Shown here piece after piece: positions 51,011 to 59,841 of a stretch of DNA of 64,000 bases. The stretch spans positions 178 to 64,177 of the forward strand of contig JBAZEH010000005.1 in NCBI GenBank assembly GCA_041653955.1, given 5' to 3'. Source of the DNA: Candidatus Omnitrophota bacterium. GTDB lineage: Bacteria; Omnitrophota; Gorgyraeia; Gygaellales; Profunditerraquicolaceae. The notes below the pieces were generated by a model. That model was not told the origin of the DNA, ran no database searches, and saw only the letters and a list, made by a program, of their open reading frames with translations. The position numbers and the translations under genes were made by a program. Within the stretch, counting starts at the first letter, position 1. Each line of letters starts with the position of its first letter.

Positions 51011-51070
51011 AGGGACACCCTTAGCTTTGGCAAAAAGGGTGTCCCTCGATTGGCAAAAAGGGTGTCCCTA
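51011..51070. repeat. Palindromic repeat copy with a duplicated arm, between the convergent GH94-like and STAS-PilZ genes
   Basis: AGGGACACCC-TTAGCTTTGGC-AAAAA-GGGTGTCCC-TCGATTGGC-AAAAA-GGGTGTCCC. It is in inverted orientation relative to the copy at 48241. Confidence 0.7.
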
Positions 51071-51790
51071 ATTGTCGGTGGACATGAAGGAGAGGTTTCT
51101 TTCAATGAACTCAATAAGTTTCTGTTGTATGGCTGGTGAGATATTATGAAACTCGACCCCCATCCCGGGGTACGAGTGATGCTGGACCTGTTTATCCGGC
51201 AGCCAGACGACCTTAGCCTCAAGCTCTATCTCTTCCTGTTTAGGGGGGAGTCTTAACTTTAAAAGTATATGGTCCCCCAGCTTGAACTGGCCGCATCCAT
51301 ATATGTACGCCCCGATAGCGCTTAGGTTTATAAGGTCCCCCTTAAAACAGGAGGCTGCCTTGCCATATCTCTCTTTAAGCTCTATTTTTATATCAATGGG
51401 GAGGCGCTTGAACCTGCGCCTTAACTGCATCTTCTTGATATTTTCTATGATCTTGTCCTCTTTAAAGCTGTTCATCGCCAGGTCCTCGGTCCCGTAGATA
51501 TCTATTACCCTGTCTAGCCCGGCAACGGAGAATACCCCTTTAAGATGCGCGGGGATATTAATGAATTTCATTCTACCGTTATTATTCGCGACCTCTTTAT
51601 AAGCTATTACTATCACGGAGATACCCATATAATCTATGAAATCAACCGCCTCAAAATTACATAGTATATCGGTATAGCCGTCGTGAATACACTGGCCTAC
51701 CACCTCTACAAAATTAGCGGCATTCACGTCAATGCGCCCGGCTATATCAAGTATAACAACATTTCCCCTCTGCCTTGCCCTTATCTCCAT
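51068..51790 (-). CDS. STAS (anti-sigma-factor antagonist, SpoIIAA-like) domain fused to a PilZ c-di-GMP-binding domain
   Basis: The N-terminal ~110 aa is STAS-like (GNVVILDIAGRIDVNAANFVE). The C-terminus has the PilZ motifs RRRFKR (RxxxR) and NLSAIG ((D/N)xSxxG). Confidence 0.65.
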   Translation of the reverse strand: MEIRARQRGNVVILDIAGRIDVNAANFVEVVGQCIHDGYTDILCNFEAVDFIDYMGISVIVIAYKEVANNNGRMKFINIPAHLKGVFSVAGLDRVIDIYGTEDLAMNSFKEDKIIENIKKMQLRRRFKRLPIDIKIELKERYGKAASCFKGDLINLSAIGAYIYGCGQFKLGDHILLKLRLPPKQEEIELEAKVVWLPDKQVQHHSYPGMGVEFHNISPAIQQKLIEFIERNLSFMSTDN

Positions 51791-51802
51791 GTTACCTCTT
51801 TC

Positions 51803-52471
51803 TTATAAAACACAGGTATTGTCAATTATACCGCCGATATCTTCCAGCCCCTCAAGAATAATATCCGCGCTCTTAAGATATGCCGGCGGCAGGCTGGTCG
51901 CGAGGGCTATGCAAAACATACCCGCCCTCTTTGCCGATTCTATACCCAGGGGGGCGTTCTCTATCACCACGCACTCCCGCGGTTTACATCCGATAACCTC
52001 GGCAGCCCTTAAGTAGGGCGCCGGGTGAGGTTTGCTGTCTTTAAGCTGGTCCCCTGATACGATACAATCAAATAACCGCCGTATCTTTAGCGGCAATATC
52101 TTCCTTATCTCATCCGCGGGCGTCCCGGTGACCAGGCCCAGGGGGTATCCTTTCTTCTTTAAACACAACAGGAACTCCTCGGTACCCTTAAAGATAAACC
52201 GCCTGAAATACTTCTTGAATATCTTCTGGCGGCTCGCGAATATCTTCTTTAAAAGCCTACGCGTCGGTTTTTTATTCGCGCGCCTTAAGAATACTTTCAG
52301 CGTCTTATCCCAATGCTCACCTTCTTTAGAATAGATATCAAAACAGCTCAACCTTACCCCGAAAGGCCTTAAGGCCTCATACCAGGCGATAAAATGATAC
52401 GGCATGGAATCAACGATAACTCCATCCATATCGAATATGATCGCCTTTGGCTTGAATCCCAGTTTCTTCAA
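51803..52471 (-). CDS. HAD-IA family hydrolase (beta-phosphoglucomutase-like)
   Basis: Motif I FDMDGVIVDS. 222 aa. Confidence 0.7.
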   Translation of the reverse strand: MKKLGFKPKAIIFDMDGVIVDSMPYHFIAWYEALRPFGVRLSCFDIYSKEGEHWDKTLKVFLRRANKKPTRRLLKKIFASRQKIFKKYFRRFIFKGTEEFLLCLKKKGYPLGLVTGTPADEIRKILPLKIRRLFDCIVSGDQLKDSKPHPAPYLRAAEVIGCKPRECVVIENAPLGIESAKRAGMFCIALATSLPPAYLKSADIILEGLEDIGGIIDNTCVL

Positions 52472-52476
52472 TCTGT

Positions 52477-53232
52477 TTATCCTCCCAAGCTTACCTTAAA
52501 GATAGTCGCCGCTCCCAACATAATTATCAATATCCCTATATACTTTTTTAACCTGTCCGAATAGATATTCTTTACAGTGAATGCGGCAACCGGAACGGCG
52601 CCGGTTGCAAACAATACCAGTATCCCTGTCAGCTTCCAGTCTATTGCCCTGCCGCTGGCGATATAGGCGAGAAAACCAACTAAACAGGTTATCGCTTCGC
52701 TAAAAGCCGTTATCCCAACTGCATTTTTGGCGTTTACCCCGGAGATCAGCTGACCGCCCATGACCAACGGCCCATACCCTCCTCCGGATATGCCTTTGTT
52801 GAAAGACGCCAGCAGGCTTATGCCGGCTATTTTACGCCATGAGAAACGCATAGGCCTCTTGATCGTCGCCATTATTATAACGCCCATCATCAATACCAGG
52901 GTGCCTATATAAAGCGTAAGCATCCATTTGGGGATCCTTACCGCCACAAATACCGATACGATGACCCCCGCGGCGCTGATCAAACCGAGCAAAGAGGCTA
53001 TCCTGAAATCGGAGGAACGAAAATTAAGATCAACGTTACGCAGGTTATGATGGAATACGCACGCGGCGATATCCGTGAACAGTTGCGAAACCAATATAGC
53101 CGGCACGACCTTTAACGGCTCATGGCCCATGATTATCAGGACAGGCGCCAGGGCAGTGCCATACCCCATGCCGAGGCCGGAGTCAAGATACTCGCTGATA
53201 AAAGTTATTATACCCGTCAATAAAAACAACAT
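52477..53232 (-). CDS. TauE/SafE (TSUP) family sulfite/anion exporter
   Basis: 251 aa, 7-8 TM, with the duplicated 4-TM repeat of the TSUP family. Confidence 0.7.
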   Translation of the reverse strand: MLFLLTGIITFISEYLDSGLGMGYGTALAPVLIIMGHEPLKVVPAILVSQLFTDIAACVFHHNLRNVDLNFRSSDFRIASLLGLISAAGVIVSVFVAVRIPKWMLTLYIGTLVLMMGVIIMATIKRPMRFSWRKIAGISLLASFNKGISGGGYGPLVMGGQLISGVNAKNAVGITAFSEAITCLVGFLAYIASGRAIDWKLTGILVLFATGAVPVAAFTVKNIYSDRLKKYIGILIIMLGAATIFKVSLGG

Positions 53233-54486
53233 TTAAACCTTTATCTCGCCTGCTTTCTTAAGCGCCATCTTAGCAAATACCGGGCCTACGAGTTCATGTA
53301 TTACCGTAGACCCTATCGTTATGCTGATTATAAGATCGGCGATATCCGCGAAGGCAGTTTGCTGTTTTATCATAAGCGCCAATCCTATCACGATCCCGCC
53401 TTGCGGGATAAGGCCCCCTGCGGTGTACCTCCTGACTTTCTTCTCTGCCCCTGAAATGGAGGCGCCTATAAAAGAGCCGGCGGCCTTACCGAGCGCCCTG
53501 AAGATAAAAAAGAATACTACAAGTATGGCGCTCTTAGCCAGTATCCCGAAATTAAGGCTCATCCCGCTTAAGGTAAAGAATAATACGAATATCAATTCCT
53601 CCGGCCTCTCCAATATCATGAATATCTTCTCTCTTTCGGGATTAAAATTCACTACGATCGCCCCCATAGCCATCGTCGCAAGCAGTTCATCTGCCCCAAT
53701 GAGCTGGGCAATACCATAACATAAAAATAAAAGCCCAAGGGTCGCCACAATAAATACCCCTTCGGTCTCTTTCCTTATAAAATAAGACACCTTATTGAAT
53801 ATGGACCCGAAAAGAATGCCTAATCCGACGCCCCCGAAAATGATGGCTGCCGGCTTTAATAATAAGGAATCCACGCTGAATGCCTTATGCAAAATAAGTG
53901 AACCGGCGACCACCACTGCCAGGCTGTAGTTGACTATCCCCAGGACATCATCCAATACCGAAACCCCCATTATCGTTGAGGTAACGTCGCCTTTGGCTTT
54001 ATATTGATGGGTTACCGCGAGCGTCGCGGAAGGGTCAGTCGGAGAAGCCAAGGAAGCTAACAGCAGGCTTATCGGTATGAAAGTAGCGACCCAGGTCGCT
54101 TCTGATATGTGGATAAAAAAAGGAGATATCAGCAGGAAACCCGCCGCAACCGCGATAAAAGCAAGCTCCGCTTCCCAGGCGGTGATATAGAGTATAGTTT
54201 TGCCTAATTTTTTTATACCGGAGAGTAAAAGCGTCCCCCCTACCGAAAAAGTGATGAATGCCAGCGAAATATTCGTGATCAGCCCGGTATGGTTAGGGAA
54301 ATCTTCGGGAATGAAGTGAAAAGAAGCGGGGTTCAAGATGACTCCGGCGATAATATATCCTGTTACCTTAGGGAGCCTGAACTTAACAGCGAGCTCGCCA
54401 AAGATAAATCCCGTTATGATAATAACGCCGACTATAAGGATGGATTGCATAAATAGTATTGTATATAAAAAGGCGCGATGCCGCAA
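53233..54486 (-). CDS. Cation:proton antiporter (CPA family Na+/H+ exchanger)
   Basis: 417 aa, polytopic, with the Na_H_Exchanger fold (GELAVKFRLPKVTGYIIAGVILNP). Confidence 0.7.
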   Translation of the reverse strand: MRHRAFLYTILFMQSILIVGVIIITGFIFGELAVKFRLPKVTGYIIAGVILNPASFHFIPEDFPNHTGLITNISLAFITFSVGGTLLLSGIKKLGKTILYITAWEAELAFIAVAAGFLLISPFFIHISEATWVATFIPISLLLASLASPTDPSATLAVTHQYKAKGDVTSTIMGVSVLDDVLGIVNYSLAVVVAGSLILHKAFSVDSLLLKPAAIIFGGVGLGILFGSIFNKVSYFIRKETEGVFIVATLGLLFLCYGIAQLIGADELLATMAMGAIVVNFNPEREKIFMILERPEELIFVLFFTLSGMSLNFGILAKSAILVVFFFIFRALGKAAGSFIGASISGAEKKVRRYTAGGLIPQGGIVIGLALMIKQQTAFADIADLIISITIGSTVIHELVGPVFAKMALKKAGEIKV

Positions 54487-55221
54487 CTAAATATATTGCA
54501 GCGCCCTTTTGATATCTTCGGATCTGGCTACCCTGACATCTTTCAGCGGGTACTCCAATCCAAGATACTCCCACTTATGCTTTCCGAGGGTATGATATGG
54601 CAGGAATTCAAAATTAGACGCGTGGCGAAAACCGCGGACCAGACTACCTAGCGCTTTTAAGTCCTTTTCTGTATCGTTGAGTCCGGGCGCAAGGACATAA
54701 CGTATCCAATACGGCTTTTTGTTCTCTTCAAGCAAATTAATAAAATCCAACACCTGCTTTAGGTCTCTTGAGGTAATACGCTTGTGCAGATCCTTGTCTA
54801 CCGACTTTATGTCTACAAGAAAAAGATCGGTTAACTCAAGAAGCGAAAACAGTTTATATTCATCCTGTGGGCGGTAAAAGGCGCCCGTGTCTATCGCGGT
54901 ATGCACGCCCCGTTCTTTACAGAGGCAGAATAACTCCTTCAGAAAATCCATTTGCAGCAATGGCTCGCCTCCGGAGACCGTTATGCCTCCTTTTGAGGAA
55001 ATAATATACGGCATGCACTTATCCAGCTTCCTGACAACCTGTTCGGCGCTCATCTGCCTGCCTGCCCTTTCATTCCAGGTGTCGGGGTTATGGCAATACA
55101 AACAGCGCGCCAGGCAGCCCTGCATAAAAAGCACAAACCTTATCCCGGGGCCTTCGTGCGTGCCGAACGTCTCAAAAGAATGGATATTCCCTATAACGGT
55201 TTTACTCTTACATGCTTTCAT
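54487..55221 (-). CDS. pflA: Pyruvate formate-lyase activating enzyme (radical SAM)
   Basis: CxxxCxxC ([14 protein letters not shown]). 244 aa. It overlaps the 3' end of pflB. Confidence 0.85.
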   Translation of the reverse strand: MKACKSKTVIGNIHSFETFGTHEGPGIRFVLFMQGCLARCLYCHNPDTWNERAGRQMSAEQVVRKLDKCMPYIISSKGGITVSGGEPLLQMDFLKELFCLCKERGVHTAIDTGAFYRPQDEYKLFSLLELTDLFLVDIKSVDKDLHKRITSRDLKQVLDFINLLEENKKPYWIRYVLAPGLNDTEKDLKALGSLVRGFRHASNFEFLPYHTLGKHKWEYLGLEYPLKDVRVARSEDIKRALQYI

Positions 55222-57418
55222 GGAATGTCCTTGCCAATACCTCTTTCTGCTGCTCCGTGGATAATTTATTAAAGTGCACCGCGTATCCGGATACCCTGAT
55301 GGTCAGCTGCGGGTATTTATGCGGGTTCTTCATAGCGTCCTCAAGGGTTTCCTTGTCAATCACGTTGACATTAAGATGGTGCGCCCCCTTCATGAAGTAG
55401 CCGTCAAGCAGTGATTTTAAATTTGACCTCCTGCTCTCATGGGTATTCCCCAGCGCTTCGGGGAGCGATGAGAAGGTATTGGATATCCCGTCGCGGCATT
55501 CCGTATAGGGGATAGCGGCCACTGAATTAAGGGACGCGATTATCCCGTTATCATCCCTGCCGTGCATAGGGTTTGCTCCCGGGGCAAAAGGCTCCCCCTT
55601 TTCTCTCCCGTCAGGGGTAGAGCCGGTCTTCTTGCCATACATAACATTTGAGGTAATAGTAAGGATCGATATTGCCGGGAAGGAATTCCTGTAAAGCTTA
55701 TGCTTCTTAAGCTCTGTAAGGAACAGGTTCACCAGGTCAACTGCCCTGCCATCGACCTTATCGTCGTCATTGCCGAATTTAGGAAAATCTCCTTCTATAT
55801 TAAAAGATGTGGTCAGGTTCTTCTTATTCCTTATGGCGCTCACCTTAGCGTAACGTATAGCGCTTAAGGAATCGGCCGCCACCGATAACCCGGCGATACC
55901 AAAAGCCATATAACGGGTAAGCTCGGTATCCAACAGGGCCATCTGGGCTCTTTCATAATAATAGGTGTCGTGAGAGCAATGGATGATATTCAGGGCTTCA
56001 ACATAGGTCTTCACAGTCCATCTTAAAACCTGCATGAACTTCTCTTTCACTTCATTGTGGTCTAAAGGATTTGATTTGATAGGCGCTATATCCGGGACTA
56101 CCTTCTCTCCCGTTATCTCATCGCGGCCTTCATTCAAGGCGTAAAGAAGCGCCTTGGGCAGATTGCAACGCGCCCCGAAATACTGCATCTCGCTCCCATT
56201 TTTAAGCAGGGATACACAGCAGGATATGCTATAGTCATCCCCTCCGATAAGGCGCATCATATCGTCATTTTCGTATTGTATAGAGCTGGTCTTTATAGAA
56301 ACATCCGCGCAAAAACCCTTGAATGGTTCAGGCAGGCGGCTTGACCAAAGCACGGTAAGATTGGGCTCCGGGGCCGGGCCCAGATTAAACAGTGTCTGGA
56401 GGAACCGGTATGAACTTCTGGTCACCTTGTGCCTTCCGTCTATACCTACGCCCCCTATACTTTCAGTGACCCAAACCGGGTCTCCGGCGAATATGTCGGA
56501 GTATGCTTTGGTGCGCAGGTGCCGGACGATCCTGATCTTTATCACAAAATCATCTATCAACTCCTGGGCTGTTTCTTCCGTAATGACCCCGCGCTTCAGG
56601 TCATTCTCAATATATATATCAAAGAAATTGCTCACGCTCCCAAGGCTCATCGCCGCGCCATCCTGTTCTTTTACGGCGGCAAGATAAGCGAGGTATACCC
56701 ATTGTATCGCTTCGCTTGCGTTTTGTGCTGGCCTTGAAAGGTCAAAACCATACATATTCCCCAAAGCAATGATATCTTCAAGGGCAGTGATCTGCTCGGC
56801 GATCTCACCCCTTAATCTTATAGCCTCTTCGGTAGAATAATCTTCAAGGGTCTCCTTGTCATGTTTCTTCGCCGCAATAAGTTTTTTGATACCGTAAAGC
56901 GCGACCCTCCTGAAATCACCTATTATCCTCCCGCGGGAGTAATTATCCGGCAGTCCTGTAATTAAACCGGTATGCCTGGCTTTTAATATATCCGCGGTAT
57001 AGGCATCAAATACGGCATCATTGTGGGTTTTGCGGTATTTGGTATATATCTCTTTTACTCTGGGGCTAAGCTTATAGCCGTAATCTTCACAGGCTGCCTC
57101 TACAAGCCTTATCCCGCCTAAAGGCTTGATAGCCCTCTTTAACGGCTCATCGGTTTGAAGGCCCTTGATCAATTCCAGCTTCTCATCTATATACCCCGGC
57201 TTATGGCTGGTTATGGTAGATACGGTTTCGGTATCTATATCATACACCCCGCCCCTCTTATTCTCCTCTTCAAATAGCTTCAGGCACTTATCCCACAGGG
57301 CTTTGGTCCTGGCTGTAGGCCCCTTTAAGAATGAACTATCACCGTCATAAGGAGTATAGTTCCTGTTGATAAAATCCCTTACGTCTATTGTCTTATCCCA
57401 CCTGCCTCTTTTAAACAT
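55208..57418 (-). CDS. pflB: Pyruvate formate-lyase (glycyl radical enzyme)
   Basis: C-terminal glycyl-radical motif [29 protein letters not shown] and active-site CC (SISCCVS). The start is set at the ATG at 57418 (MFKRGRW), preceded by GGGGGTG. The track ORF extends 24 codons further upstream. Confidence 0.9.
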   Translation of the reverse strand: MFKRGRWDKTIDVRDFINRNYTPYDGDSSFLKGPTARTKALWDKCLKLFEEENKRGGVYDIDTETVSTITSHKPGYIDEKLELIKGLQTDEPLKRAIKPLGGIRLVEAACEDYGYKLSPRVKEIYTKYRKTHNDAVFDAYTADILKARHTGLITGLPDNYSRGRIIGDFRRVALYGIKKLIAAKKHDKETLEDYSTEEAIRLRGEIAEQITALEDIIALGNMYGFDLSRPAQNASEAIQWVYLAYLAAVKEQDGAAMSLGSVSNFFDIYIENDLKRGVITEETAQELIDDFVIKIRIVRHLRTKAYSDIFAGDPVWVTESIGGVGIDGRHKVTRSSYRFLQTLFNLGPAPEPNLTVLWSSRLPEPFKGFCADVSIKTSSIQYENDDMMRLIGGDDYSISCCVSLLKNGSEMQYFGARCNLPKALLYALNEGRDEITGEKVVPDIAPIKSNPLDHNEVKEKFMQVLRWTVKTYVEALNIIHCSHDTYYYERAQMALLDTELTRYMAFGIAGLSVAADSLSAIRYAKVSAIRNKKNLTTSFNIEGDFPKFGNDDDKVDGRAVDLVNLFLTELKKHKLYRNSFPAISILTITSNVMYGKKTGSTPDGREKGEPFAPGANPMHGRDDNGIIASLNSVAAIPYTECRDGISNTFSSLPEALGNTHESRRSNLKSLLDGYFMKGAHHLNVNVIDKETLEDAMKNPHKYPQLTIRVSGYAVHFNKLSTEQQKEVLARTFHESM

Positions 57419-57430
57419 CTTAACACCCCC

Positions 57431-57580
57431 TGCCCAGAAAGGGCGCACCCGGCAATCCAATAAGCCGAGGTGCCTATAAAAAGAAAACACCCGGGTTACA
57501 AAAACCCAGGTGTACGGTTTTCACTTCTTTTTAAGCGCTTCCTCATGGTTTCCCATGTTGACCACCAGTCGCGCTTCACC
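57431..57580 (-). promoter_or_regulatory. Candidate ZTP (pfl-motif) riboswitch in the pflB 5' leader
   Basis: The 5' subdomain is AGCGCGACUGGUGGUCAACAUGGGAAACCAUGAGGAAGCGCU, with P1 GCGC/GCGC enclosing GACUGG and a GGGAAACC hairpin, as in the pfl/ZTP consensus. About 75 nt downstream is a 3' subdomain-like CCGGGUGCGCC ... UGGGCA, directly before the RBS. The linker holds a stable hairpin with a U-run (57476-57512). Confidence 0.45.
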
Positions 57581-57594
57581 AAATTGTCATACTA

Positions 57595-57622
57595 AGTATA
57601 CCACAAAAAAGGCCTGTGTCAA
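57595..57622 (-). promoter_or_regulatory. Sigma70-type promoter for pflBA
   Basis: Minus-strand TTGACA (57617-57622), a 16-nt spacer, then TATACT (57595-57600). This gives a ~175-nt leader. Confidence 0.4.
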
Positions 57623-58413
57623 GCAGGTTTTACAGCCAAAAGGACCTTAAAGCTATTATGCCGCGGCACCGGTTTTACCGCTACCACCCTGAACCCAGCC
57701 CTCCTGCACAACCTCGCCCACCCTTTAAAGCTTACGCAATATTCTCCTTCATTAAGGATATGTTTTACCCCGTTTACAAACATCCTTCTGAATGCCCCGG
57801 TGCCTGCCTCTTTTAACGCAGGCACCCATTCATCTTTTAAAACATCCAGGATACGTAACAGCCTTTTTATATCTGTGTGTTTTCCGGAGGTATCCATATC
57901 CACATCGCCTATGACCAGCCTTCCCCCTGGCTTAAGGAACCTGTAAAATCTCTTAAGCGGTACGGATTTATCCCTGATATGATGCAATGCAACCGTAGAA
58001 ACAATAATATCAAATGCATTATCCCTGAACTTCAGGGAAGAAAAATCTGAAAGCTTACAGCAAACCCTCGCCTCAAGTCCAAGTTTCTTTATCTTCTTCT
58101 TCATAATAGACAGCATCTTCCTTGAGCTGTCAATACCGGTCACCGTGCAATCTGCTTTAGCCAGTAATTTCAGGCTTGAGAGCCCGGTTCCGCATCCGAT
58201 ATCAAGCACCCTGCTGCCGTCTTTGACCCCAGCAAGCCGTGCTGCAAGGTCCAGAATCCCCTTATGAAAGCTTATACTGCCCAATGTCGCGTCATATTCA
58301 TTTGACCATGACCCGAACCATCTCCTGGTTTCCGATCTCTTAGTTTTAACACTGACCTTTCTTTTCATCTTTTCTCCTGATAGGCGGTTTATGTTTTTAT
58401 TATATAGAAACAA
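57619..58413 (-). CDS. Class I SAM-dependent methyltransferase
   Basis: Motif I VLDIGCGTGL and motif post-I/II (GGRLVIGD). The likely start is the internal MKRKVS. Confidence 0.75.
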   Translation of the reverse strand: MFLYNKNINRLSGEKMKRKVSVKTKRSETRRWFGSWSNEYDATLGSISFHKGILDLAARLAGVKDGSRVLDIGCGTGLSSLKLLAKADCTVTGIDSSRKMLSIMKKKIKKLGLEARVCCKLSDFSSLKFRDNAFDIIVSTVALHHIRDKSVPLKRFYRFLKPGGRLVIGDVDMDTSGKHTDIKRLLRILDVLKDEWVPALKEAGTGAFRRMFVNGVKHILNEGEYCVSFKGWARLCRRAGFRVVAVKPVPRHNSFKVLLAVKPA

Positions 58414-58504
58414 AAAACCCTACGCAAGCATTTTACCTGCCTGGCGGCAGTTAAGCTCACATAGGGCAATACTAAATGCGGACCGGCCGGGCCTGCTTTC
58501 TTAA

Positions 58505-59278
58505 CTAAACCCGGCCCTCCTTTAAATTATTCTTAATCTCCCAATATTTGCAATAAGTATAAAACTGATATATCCCGGAGTAAATAGCGAGGAAAAAACC
58601 GATAAAGCCGTCCTTATATCCTTTTTTTACAAAATAGAATTTCATAAAACGCGAGAATATTTTTATGAAACATATCCTCAGGCTCATCTTCCTCCCATCC
58701 CTTATCCATTTCTTTGCCTCAAAGTCTGTCTGATGATTGACCTTGGCGAACAGGGAGTGAAAATCAGGGTAATTATAATGCAGGATATCTTTATTCAGGG
58801 TAAAGGTTTTACCCTCCATAAAAGCGCGCGGATGGAACTCGGATTCTTCATAGCGAAATTTATCTTTTCTAAACATCTTCAATTTCGCGTTAGGATACCA
58901 CCCCCCGTGTTTTATCCAATAATTACCCAGGAAGTTCCGATGCGGTATATTATATCCGTTAAACTCCGGGGCCTTGTCAAATATCCCTATTATTTCTTTT
59001 CTTAACTCCGGGGTAACCCGCTCATCGCAATCAAGGCTTAATACATAATCATTACCGGCTTTTGAATAGGCAAAATTACGCGATGCGCCTTCCATATCCC
59101 ATTTTCTCTGATAGATCTTATCGGTATATTTCTTCGCGATTTCCAATGTCTTATCAGAGCTGTAATCATCTACTACTACGATCTCATCTACCCAATCCAC
59201 CACGGATTCCAGGCACTCTGCTATATTCTTTTCTTCGTTTCTGGCCATGACTACTACCGACAATGGGATTTTTTTCAT
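58505..59278 (-). CDS. Glycosyltransferase family 2
   Basis: LSVVVMARNEEKNIAECLESV ... VDDYSSD ... DCDE (DXD). Confidence 0.8.
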   Translation of the reverse strand: MKKIPLSVVVMARNEEKNIAECLESVVDWVDEIVVVDDYSSDKTLEIAKKYTDKIYQRKWDMEGASRNFAYSKAGNDYVLSLDCDERVTPELRKEIIGIFDKAPEFNGYNIPHRNFLGNYWIKHGGWYPNAKLKMFRKDKFRYEESEFHPRAFMEGKTFTLNKDILHYNYPDFHSLFAKVNHQTDFEAKKWIRDGRKMSLRICFIKIFSRFMKFYFVKKGYKDGFIGFFLAIYSGIYQFYTYCKYWEIKNNLKEGRV

Positions 59279-59441
59279 AATGTTCTCTCGTTTTATTTTT
59301 TATGCTTATCTTAAGCAGCTTTAAATAAAACCTTCTTGCAACATATTATATCACAGAAGGATAAAATATAAAATTTAATCTCCGGATAATTCAGTTTTGA
59401 ACAGTAACCAATCCTTACTAAACTATCTCATCAAAGAATGA

Positions 59442-59469
59442 TAGCCCTACTCATATGAATAGGGCTACT
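59442..59469 (-). terminator. Putative terminator hairpin downstream of the intron-containing tRNA
   Basis: Palindrome TAGCCCTAC ... GTAGGGCTA, followed by a U-rich stretch on the minus strand. Confidence 0.35.
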
Positions 59470-59476
59470 CTAAGTA

Positions 59477-59797
59477 TGGCTCCCCCTCGAGGACTCGAAC
59501 CTCGGACCTGGTGGTTACAAGCAACCCGGAGTTACTCCCGGACCTGGACTATATCTTTGCCATGGCTTTCGCTTTAGGCAGCAGGTGCATAGTCTCTGAA
59601 CCTTCCCTGATTTCTCAAGGCTCGGCTGCTGATTACCCTCGCCTTTACGTTCGGGCTTCCAGCAATTCTCCTGCTTTTTCAACCGCGATTTCCCGCGGAA
59701 GCTGCCTTTATTCATCCCTCGCGCCCCTGCGCCCGGGACAAACCCCGCGTTCGCGGGATTTGACAGCCACTCGCTCTACCGACTGAGCTAAGGGGGA
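59477..59797 (-). tRNA. tRNA-Asn (GUU) gene interrupted in the anticodon loop (between positions 35 and 36) by a group I intron. Exons are 59763-59797 and 59477-59517.
   Basis: The 5' exon is UCCCCCUUAGCUCAGUCGGUAGAGCGAGUGGCUGU. The 3' exon is UAACCACCAGGUCCGAGGUUCGAGUCCUCGAGGGGGAGCCA. Joined, they give a 76-nt cloverleaf with U1-A72, G73 and anticodon loop CUGUUAA. The 5' exon ends in U, and the intron ends in G. Confidence 0.7.
59518..59762 (-). ncRNA. Group I self-splicing intron (~245 nt, no ORF)
   Basis: The core elements are GUUCAGAGACUA (P7 5' strand), AAGAUAUAGUCC (P7 3' strand), a P9 hairpin CCGGGAGUAACUCCGGG, and a terminal omega-G. A candidate internal guide sequence GGCAGC is complementary to the exon end GCUGU. 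Confidence 0.65.
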
Positions 59798-59841
59798 ATT
59801 TGAATATGTATTTTAACTGAAAAAACCTGCTAAATCAAGCC

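Noticed and set aside
59477-59797. Alternative reading of the split tRNA as tRNA-Thr(UGU), since the contiguous 3' segment reads CUUGUAA-CCACC
   Set aside because: It would require a 5' exon ending in G31, with no U at the splice site. The tRNA also has U1-A72 and G73, which are characteristic of bacterial tRNA-Asn, not Thr (G1-C72). Splicing after U35 with omega-G gives a clean Asn(GUU) loop, CUGUUAA.
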